This document shows, piece by piece, positions 39,941 to 45,914 of a stretch of 45,914 nt of DNA. This DNA is from a virus, in the IMG/VR virus record IMGVR_UViG_3300045988_041103; one strand, written 5' to 3'. The notes beneath the pieces were generated by a model. The model made no database searches and was not told where the DNA came from. It saw only the letters and a program-made list of their open reading frames with translations. The translations under genes and the position numbers were made by a program. The first letter of the stretch is position 1. Each line of letters opens with the position of its first letter.

Positions 39941-40332
39941 GGATCACCAGCTTCCGCCAAATAATTACACCATTCCAAGAAGGCACGAAGTAACGGGTTT
40001 GTATTTCCCTGATCGGCCCAACCAGCAAACCCAATGAACCCATCCCGGTTGAAGCTGATACACTCACGGCGGGTGAAGTAATGGGCGTTCATGTATATGT
40101 AACATTCTGTTATGCTCCCATTGCTTTTCTTCTTCATGTCAATTCGCTTGCTCAATGTCATGGTGACAGAAGTTTCACCGGCCTTGTTGGATTTCTTCAA
40201 TTCTTTCTGAAGCATCATGCAAAGGATCAGAATGTCACCTTCATGAATACTGTCATAGGAAAGGCCACGGTTTTTGAAGAATTCCCTTGCTTCATTGGTT
40301 GTGCATACGGGTTCAAATCCTCGGCAACTCAT
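39937..40332 (-). CDS. Hypothetical protein
   Basis: 131-aa ORF, translationally coupled to its neighbours. Confidence 0.5.
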   Translation of the reverse strand: MSCRGFEPVCTTNEAREFFKNRGLSYDSIHEGDILILCMMLQKELKKSNKAGETSVTMTLSKRIDMKKKSNGSITECYIYMNAHYFTRRECISFNRDGFIGFAGWADQGNTNPLLRAFLEWCNYLAEAGDP

Positions 40333-40775
40333 GATTTATCCCCTTTCAGGGTGATCTTCACATACCCGGCCTTGGCGCTGGATTTGGAACATTCCGCCGC
40401 AATATCAGGATATTTCTTCTTCAGCTTGGCGGAATCAATACTGGTGGCGGTGGTAGGTTCCACAAAGGTAAGGTTCAGAACATCGGATTCAAATTTCTTG
40501 ATCCCGTACTTCACCATGGCTTCATACAGGGCCGCTTTCATCTGCTTTTCCTGTTCCTCAATGGCCTTTTTATGGGCGGTCAGGGAAGCAATAGCGTTCA
40601 GGGTGGCAAGCTGGGTGGCCCTGAATTCAGAAAGGCCGGTTTCCTCGTCAAAGGTGGCTTCCCCACAGGCATTGGGGTTTTCTTCACACGCTTCATCACA
40701 GTGGTCAAATTCCGGGCAGTTGTGGCAACAACCGGAAAACCGCTGAAGCGGGCATTCATTGGTACACTTGATCAT
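40329..40775 (-). CDS. Hypothetical protein: Cys-rich N-terminus + coiled-coil C-terminal part (Gp157-like position)
   Basis: CTNECPLQRFSGCCHNCPEFDHCDEACEENPNAC, followed by a helical region. Confidence 0.5.
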   Translation of the reverse strand: MIKCTNECPLQRFSGCCHNCPEFDHCDEACEENPNACGEATFDEETGLSEFRATQLATLNAIASLTAHKKAIEEQEKQMKAALYEAMVKYGIKKFESDVLNLTFVEPTTATSIDSAKLKKKYPDIAAECSKSSAKAGYVKITLKGDKS

Positions 40776-41335
40776 GTTTCGGGTTCTCCTTTCAGATAAA
40801 CATTCAGATATTTCAGGCCAAATTCACAGGCGGCTTCATGGTTGTCAAAGTAAATATCAATCTGCTGTTCACCATACTTTTCAACCACCCATGCGGCGGT
40901 TCTGTCCTGAACGACATATTCACCCAAGCCTTCAATCTCCACAACCGTTCCAAATGGCAACGGGGAAGCACAGGAAACACCGGCAACCAGTTCTTCACCG
41001 GAAGCCCCATAAACAATCCCATCAGGCCGGTTCTTGGCCCATTCCCCACAGCACTTTTCACAGGAACAGTAAGCGGTGATCCTGTATGTACCCAACAGAA
41101 CAGGTTCCGGGGTTTCCTGAACCAGATTCACCGGCTCCGGGGTGCTGATTACAAAGGCGGTTTCCGTGGGTTCCGGTGCCGTGGTTGGCTTGTCCTCAAA
41201 TGCGGTAGCAGAAATACGGCCAAGAACAAAGCCAATCAGAATGCCCATTAGAAGGGCCACGGTGAACATACGGCGGAACCACCTTTGGCGCTTAATTGCG
41301 TTCTGTCTTTTCCTCGTATTTTCGGAATAGTTCAT
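40772..41335 (-). CDS. Membrane-anchored 3D-domain protein (RlpA/MltA-like double-psi beta-barrel)
   Basis: Basic N-terminus plus TM FTVALLMGILIGFVLG. ITAYCSCEKCCGEW...DRTAAW... is the 3D-domain signature. Confidence 0.7.
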   Translation of the reverse strand: MNYSENTRKRQNAIKRQRWFRRMFTVALLMGILIGFVLGRISATAFEDKPTTAPEPTETAFVISTPEPVNLVQETPEPVLLGTYRITAYCSCEKCCGEWAKNRPDGIVYGASGEELVAGVSCASPLPFGTVVEIEGLGEYVVQDRTAAWVVEKYGEQQIDIYFDNHEAACEFGLKYLNVYLKGEPET

Positions 41336-42641
41336 CGTTATAGTCCTTTCTCATTTGAAGGGTGGTCAGAATATCTTCTTCCACCGTTCCGGGGCAGATC
41401 AGAAGGTAATAGAAGCACGGGCGTTCTTGGCCCATCCTGTGAATCCGCTTTTGGCTCTGCTCCCATAGTTCCCAACCTTGGGGAAGGCTGAAATAAATGA
41501 TCTTGTTGGCCTTTTGGAAGTTGCCCCCCATGGCCCCGGCCTGATACTGAATGAAAGTAACTGAATTGCTCCGGTATTGATAGGCATTCAGATCTTTTAC
41601 TTCACCGGATAGGATGGAAACCGGGCGATTCATGGCGGTCACTATCCCCTTCAGGCGTTCCATTTCTTCTGTGAAGTTATAGAACACGATCAGCCGATCT
41701 TCTGTACTGTTCACCAAATCCCGGAAGGCTTCATAGCGGTATGGGTTATATAGGCCGCAAAGCTGACGGGCATACAGGCGGCGGGTCAAGCTGGTATCAC
41801 CAATCAATTCCCGCTTACAGTGTTCATTGGAACCGAAGAAATCAGAATCCAGTTCAAATTCCTGAAGGTTTGTGGTGTCGATAGTCACAACCCGTTCACG
41901 CCAGAATTTCCAATATTCCGGGGAAGGCCGGGTTTTCACTTGGATCATGTTCTTTGCAGGAAGATCAATACCGGCATCATCGGTGGTCATAAACACCGCC
42001 CCATGTTCGGCCAGCTTCTTTTTCAGCCGGTCAACATTTTTATAGCCGGTGATCTGCTTCCGCCAAAAACCATCATCTTCAATCCATTCTGTTTCAATGT
42101 ACTGCTTCCAGAACAGTTCCTTTGATATGTTCCACCCCAACAGTTGGCATTGGCTCCACAGCTTTTCATACTTGCCCCCGGTTGGTGTACCGGAAAGAAG
42201 AATTACATTGTCAGGATGAAGCCCAAGAATGAAATTGGAACGCTTGGCGTTTTCATTCTGGATCAGGGAAGATTCATCTAACATCAGCGTGAAGCCAGTC
42301 AAGGTTTTCAGAATCTTCCGCCTGAAGGTCAGTTCATAGTTGATCACGCCGATCATCAGGGTTGGAACCTCACATTGAACCTGTTCAAAGAACCATTTGA
42401 AGGTTTTGGGGTTTGTAAGATCAAAAACACAATTCCGGGTGTAGTAGGTTTGAAAATGTTCAATCCAATCTTGAACCTTGGAACACTGACAAACCACCAG
42501 ATTGATCCGGGTGTTCAGCTTCATCATTTTTTCTGAACCAACAAAAGTTTTCCCAAGGCCCATATCAAGGTAATAAGCACACCGGTTGTGGCCTTCCGTT
42601 TGATCAAGGGCTTTTTGCTGGTGCTGGAATAGGGTGATCAT
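41292..42641 (-). CDS. SNF2-family helicase/ATPase
   Basis: Motif I LDMGLGKT, motif II LMLDESS, and C-terminal helicase motifs QRIHRMGQ. Confidence 0.85.
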   Translation of the reverse strand: MITLFQHQQKALDQTEGHNRCAYYLDMGLGKTFVGSEKMMKLNTRINLVVCQCSKVQDWIEHFQTYYTRNCVFDLTNPKTFKWFFEQVQCEVPTLMIGVINYELTFRRKILKTLTGFTLMLDESSLIQNENAKRSNFILGLHPDNVILLSGTPTGGKYEKLWSQCQLLGWNISKELFWKQYIETEWIEDDGFWRKQITGYKNVDRLKKKLAEHGAVFMTTDDAGIDLPAKNMIQVKTRPSPEYWKFWRERVVTIDTTNLQEFELDSDFFGSNEHCKRELIGDTSLTRRLYARQLCGLYNPYRYEAFRDLVNSTEDRLIVFYNFTEEMERLKGIVTAMNRPVSILSGEVKDLNAYQYRSNSVTFIQYQAGAMGGNFQKANKIIYFSLPQGWELWEQSQKRIHRMGQERPCFYYLLICPGTVEEDILTTLQMRKDYNDELFRKYEEKTERN

Positions 42642-43072
42642 GCTGTCAGCCCAAAGAAGGCGTCAAACTGTTCAGCGCCAACATACTCACGGAATTTGGC
42701 GGGGTTGATGTAATAGTTGTAAGAACCTCCCACGCCGGGAACAGCATTCCCGAAGGGAAGAAGGCCACGCTGAAGGCCAATCCTTACAAACTGCTTGCTT
42801 TTCCCAAGGCACCGGGCCGCATCTGCGGTGGTGATCTTCTTCACGGAAACCTTCTGTTCCTTGGCCGGGGGTGCTTCATACCCCATCAGGTAATCAAAGG
42901 AAACGCCGGTGGCATCGGCCAGCGCCTTCACACGCTCCGGGCCGGGGGTGTTCTTACCGGAAAGATACTGACTGATAGCGGCCTTGGAAGCGCCAGTTCT
43001 TTCAGAAAGGGTGGATTGGTTCAGGCCAGATTCACCCATTGCGTATTTCAAACGCTCTGCAAAAGTTTTCAT
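42638..43072 (-). CDS. XRE-family HTH regulator with a second C-terminal DNA-binding-like domain
   Basis: FAERLKYAMGESGLNQSTLSERTGASKAAISQYLSGKN. Confidence 0.7.
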   Translation of the reverse strand: MKTFAERLKYAMGESGLNQSTLSERTGASKAAISQYLSGKNTPGPERVKALADATGVSFDYLMGYEAPPAKEQKVSVKKITTADAARCLGKSKQFVRIGLQRGLLPFGNAVPGVGGSYNYYINPAKFREYVGAEQFDAFFGLTA

Positions 43073-43107
43073 TCTTGTTCAACCTCCTTACAAATTTGGG
43101 GGAAGGA

Positions 43108-43470
43108 TCAGCCTTCCCAATAACGATCAACCAGCTTGTGGGCCATTTCCAAGCCCATTGACTGAACCCAATCTTTCCGGGCTTCTCTTGCGGCTTCTTC
43201 TTTTTCTGCCTGCTCCGCCACATAATCCCGGTTCAGGGTGTCGGGGTGATAATACTGGATGATCTGGTTCTCACCATCGGAAAGGGTCAACCTGATCCGC
43301 CCGTTATGGTTGAACCAGTCATTTTCACAGCGGATTTCCAAACCGGCGGGGCCGGTGGAAGCCCGGAAGATTGCCACATCGGGCGGGGTGGTATCTTTGC
43401 TGATATTCAGCCGGGGGAAAATCCGGCTGATCAGTTCCCACGCTGTTCTTTTGGTCAGCTTCACATTCAT
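43108..43470 (-). CDS. Hypothetical protein
   Basis: 120-aa ORF in the early operon. Confidence 0.5.
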   Translation of the reverse strand: MNVKLTKRTAWELISRIFPRLNISKDTTPPDVAIFRASTGPAGLEIRCENDWFNHNGRIRLTLSDGENQIIQYYHPDTLNRDYVAEQAEKEEAAREARKDWVQSMGLEMAHKLVDRYWEG

Positions 43471-44091
43471 TTAGATTTCCTCCTGAAATTCAACTTCACA
43501 TTCAGCACAGATCACATGAACCTCTTTGGTTGCCCGGATGATAGTTCCGCAACAGGGGCAAACATATTTTCTGGAAGATGATCCGCCGCTTTTGCTGGAA
43601 CCCTTCAGGCCAAGTGGCCGGGGTCTTACAAGGGTGAACCCTTGCTTTCCAAGGCTCTGAACAAATTCAAGGGCTTCCGGGGAAAGGCTGGTTTTATGCC
43701 ATCCGTACTTTTCGCCTTTCTCCACGATCAGGCCGTGGGCTTCAGCGGTTTCCTTGAATTTCTTGTTGTGGTAGGTGCCCGAACGGGAAGTGTCCTGAAC
43801 GCCATCCTGAAGGTTCTGAAGATGAACCATTTCATGAAGCAAGGTTCCACAGGTTTCTTCATAGGGCCGGTTCAGATATTCAGCGCAAAGGTTGATTTCA
43901 TAGAACCCGCCTTCCTTGGCTCCGTTCTGCCAAGCCTTCCAACTGGTACACCAGCCATAAGCCCCACGGGTATGATCCGGGGAAACGGTGATCACCGGGC
44001 TTTCCAGCTTGTTTTCAAAGAACCGGGCGTTGAATTTTGAAAACAAGGTTTCAAGTTCATCAATCACCGGCTTCAGGCTTGCTTCACTCAT
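43471..44091 (-). CDS. SprT-like zinc metallopeptidase with a C-terminal zinc ribbon
   Basis: HEMVH motif. C-terminal CPCCG...CAEC. Confidence 0.75.
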   Translation of the reverse strand: MSEASLKPVIDELETLFSKFNARFFENKLESPVITVSPDHTRGAYGWCTSWKAWQNGAKEGGFYEINLCAEYLNRPYEETCGTLLHEMVHLQNLQDGVQDTSRSGTYHNKKFKETAEAHGLIVEKGEKYGWHKTSLSPEALEFVQSLGKQGFTLVRPRPLGLKGSSKSGGSSSRKYVCPCCGTIIRATKEVHVICAECEVEFQEEI

Positions 44092-44108
44092 TTGGCGTTC
44101 TCCCTTCC

Positions 44109-44124
44109 GTGTCTTTTAGGACAC
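44109..44124. promoter_or_regulatory. Operator-like palindrome GTGTCTTTTAGGACAC (one mismatch to the consensus)
   Basis: Overlaps the stop codon of the cro-like gene and lies upstream of the SprT-like gene's SD. Confidence 0.5.
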
Positions 44125-44322
44125 TTTTTCGGTAAAAAAAATTCCCATGGGGCTGTCAAGATTCAGGAAATCCACGATCTTCTGAATCTCACTTTGGGTG
44201 AATTCCGATTCACCGTTACACTTACGGTAAAAGGCGGATCGGGAAATCCCAAGCATGGCGCACATATCAGACTTGCTGACATGGCGCAGATTCATTTCGT
44301 ATTCCAGACGGGCCTTGTTCAT
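44116..44322 (-). CDS. Cro-like small HTH regulator
   Basis: 68 aa, divergent from the repressor gene. HTH CAMLGISRSAFYRKCNG. Confidence 0.7.
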   Translation of the reverse strand: MNKARLEYEMNLRHVSKSDMCAMLGISRSAFYRKCNGESEFTQSEIQKIVDFLNLDSPMGIFFTEKVS

Positions 44323-44349
44323 TTCATCACATCCTTTGAAAGTTTCGTT

Positions 44350-44398
44350 GTGTCCTTTAGGACACTCTCATATTACCATACCCGGTGTAGCTTGTCAA
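44350..44398 (-). promoter_or_regulatory. Early (cro-side) promoter with an operator: TTGACA-17-TAATAT-4 nt-GTGTCCTAAAGGACAC
   Basis: -35 at 44393-44398, -10 at 44370-44375, perfect palindrome at 44350-44365. Confidence 0.7.
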
Positions 44399-44447
44399 CA
44401 CCCTTTTTGTCTTAAAAGAAACTTTTTTATTTTTCTTGAAATTTATG

Positions 44448-44476
44448 TTGCATAAAAGACACAAGTATGCTATATT
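44448..44476 (+). promoter_or_regulatory. Repressor-side promoter TTGCAT-17-TATATT
   Basis: -35 at 44448-44453, -10 at 44471-44476. SD GAAAGAGG follows before ATG 44507. Confidence 0.6.
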
Positions 44477-44506
44477 GGTAGTAACAACAGGAAAGAGGTG
44501 TTGACC

Positions 44507-45148
44507 ATGGCGGAATTAGATATGGCCCAAAGAATAAAGGATTTGCGGGTTTCGCAGAACCTTACTTTAGAACAGGTTGCTAATGAAGTTGGCGTTGGAA
44601 AAAGCACGGTCAGAAAATGGGAAACCGGTATGATTGCTAATATGCGCCGGGATAAAATCGCTTCTCTTGCAAAAGCATTGCACACCACCCCGGCCTATTT
44701 GATGGGCTGGATTGATGAACCCCACCGGGAAATCACTGTGGATAACCTGTTCAGGATCGAAACAAAGAAGTTCCCGCTGTTGGGGAACATTGCCTGTGGG
44801 GAACCGATCATGGCAAATGAAGAAGTTGATCTGTATGTGGAAGCCGGGGCCAACATTCGGGCTGATTTCTGCCTGAAGGCAAAGGGCGATTCCATGATCG
44901 GGGCCAGAATATATGATGGTGACATTGTTTTCATTCGGAAACAGCCCATGGTTGAAGATGGTGAAATTGCCGCCGTTATCATTGACGATGAAGCCACATT
45001 GAAGCGGGTCTATTATGATCAGGAAGCCGGGGTTCTTCAGCTTTTTGCAGAAAACCCGCAATATAAAACCATGCGCTTCAGCGGTGAAGAATTGGATCAC
45101 ATCAGAATCATTGGTAAAGCTGTTGCGTTCCAAAGCGATATAAAATAA
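44507..45148 (+). CDS. CI/LexA-like repressor (XRE HTH + S24 autopeptidase)
   Basis: HTH LTLEQVANEVGVGKSTVRKWETG. S24 Ser-Lys dyad context GDSMIGARIYDGD...TLKRV. Confidence 0.9.
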   Translation: MAELDMAQRIKDLRVSQNLTLEQVANEVGVGKSTVRKWETGMIANMRRDKIASLAKALHTTPAYLMGWIDEPHREITVDNLFRIETKKFPLLGNIACGEPIMANEEVDLYVEAGANIRADFCLKAKGDSMIGARIYDGDIVFIRKQPMVEDGEIAAVIIDDEATLKRVYYDQEAGVLQLFAENPQYKTMRFSGEELDHIRIIGKAVAFQSDIK

Positions 45149-45163
45149 AGGGGGTTATAGATC

Positions 45164-45736
45164 ATGTTTGGTAAAAAAGAAAAATGTACCATCTGCGGTG
45201 AAAAGCTGTCAGGGACAAGCATTCAAATCAATGGCGGTGCTGTCTGTCCGGTTTGCAACCGTATTTCCACGGGATCACCCCTTTGCACAGCGGAACAGTT
45301 GAAAGAAGCGTGGGAAGAAAATCACCGCCGCTTTCAATCATTCAATGCTGGTATAACTGTTTCGGATTTTGGAAGCGGTTTCTTATTCATTGACACAGAA
45401 CAGAAAATGTTCTATCTGTCCAATACCAAAAAGCCAAAATTGGAACCCGTTGTTTTCAAGTTTTCTGAAATTGATGAATTCCGAATTGAACAGGTGGGAC
45501 AGAAAACCATTACCAAAACCAAAGGTGGCGTTGGAAGGGCCGTTGTTGGCGGTGCCTTATTTGGTGTTACCGGGGCAGTTGTTGGGGCATCCACCGCCAA
45601 GCAGGAAACAAAGCAAGTTGGCGGAATTCCAATCCTTTATGTTGATCTGAATATCAACGGTCTGAAAACAACGGTTTCAATAGCAAGGCCCCCTTTGAAG
45701 GCTTCTGACTATCTGGAAAATGCAATGGATCAATAA
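45164..45736 (+). CDS. Zn-ribbon + glycine-zipper protein co-transcribed with the repressor (candidate lysogen-expressed exclusion/defence factor)
   Basis: CTICG...CPVC at the N-terminus. GGVGRAVVGGALFGVTGAVVGAS is a glycine zipper. It lies 15 nt after the repressor stop. Confidence 0.55.
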   Translation: MFGKKEKCTICGEKLSGTSIQINGGAVCPVCNRISTGSPLCTAEQLKEAWEENHRRFQSFNAGITVSDFGSGFLFIDTEQKMFYLSNTKKPKLEPVVFKFSEIDEFRIEQVGQKTITKTKGGVGRAVVGGALFGVTGAVVGASTAKQETKQVGGIPILYVDLNINGLKTTVSIARPPLKASDYLENAMDQ

Positions 45737-45747
45737 TCCTTTCTTTA

Positions 45748-45844
45748 GAACAGATAGAACAGATATTTTTCCTATCTCTGATATATTATTTTATATTTTT
45801 TTATATTTTGATTTGAATAATATAGCATCTGTTCCATCTGTTCC
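45748..45844. repeat. GAACAGATA x2 (45748-45765), 61-bp AT-rich spacer, ATCTGTTCC x2 (45827-45844)
   Basis: Read directly. It continues into 68-86 of the next unit and is a paralogue of 29380-29484. Confidence 0.9.
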
Positions 45845-45914
45845 ATTCAAAGATTTTCAAGAGATTTCAGGCATTTTCAGCAGAACAGATCAGAACACAT
45901 AAGCAAAAAAAAAT
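45816..45914. repeat. Terminal direct repeat copy 2 (identical to 1..99)
   Basis: Read directly. Confidence 0.95.

Larger units (their letters stand above)
1..45815. mobile_element. Complete circularly closed temperate phage genome (one unit length)
   Basis: There is a 99-bp exact overlap between the window ends. A full set of lysogeny, replication, packaging, head, contractile-tail and lysis genes is present, with no flanking host genes. Confidence 0.8.

Overview
The window is one complete, circularly closed phage genome. Bases 1-99 are identical to 45816-45914, so the unit length is 45,815 bp. It is a temperate phage with a PBSX-like contractile tail. A Firmicutes/Clostridia host is likely, inferred from the gene families and AGGAGG-type ribosome-binding sites. 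Family names throughout are recalled from motifs, because no searches could be run.

Almost all genes lie on the minus strand in one early-to-late series:
- cro-like and early genes (44322 down to 42638);
- recombination and replication: SNF2 helicase, VRR-NUC, a Cas4-like::Sak4-like fusion, a DUF669-like protein, family-B polymerase, primase-helicase;
- nucleotide metabolism and methylation: NPPY methyltransferase, HD hydrolase, a DUF1599-like protein, ThyX;
- a late regulator, terminase small and large subunits, and portal;
- two tRNAs, a MuF protein with an HExxH C-terminal domain, scaffold, capsid and connectors;
- sheath, tube, a chaperone with a -1 frameshift, tape measure and baseplate in exact PBSX xkdK-xkdU order;
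- a tail fibre, then the lysis cassette.

The plus-strand lysogeny arm crosses the circular junction: CI/LexA-like repressor, a Zn-ribbon/glycine-zipper protein, integrase, and a two-gene cargo operon.

The strongest signal is a complete diversity-generating retroelement (DGR) aimed at the tail-fibre C-terminus. Its order is VR, an RHH gene, an avd-like gene, TR, a structured spacer and the RT. TR and VR differ at 16 positions, and every one is a TR adenine. A GC hairpin lies 3' of VR, and a 26-nt G-tract sits exactly at the 5' VR/TR homology break.

Other points worth a second look:
- a 9-bp motif (ATCTGTTCC) arranged as paired inverted doublets around AT-rich spacers, in two paralogous intergenic modules;
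- a GTGTCC-N4-GGACAC operator found three times, twice with identical promoter geometry;
- a 136-codon ORF with no start codon, coupled by TGATG to the next gene and overlapping an A7 tract (frameshift or indel);
- a possible MuF toxin/immunity pair;
- a tRNA-like minihelix carrying an anti-Shine-Dalgarno sequence;
- an excess of 9-11 nt G/C homopolymers;
- a cargo operon of unknown function under a perfect 18-bp inverted repeat.
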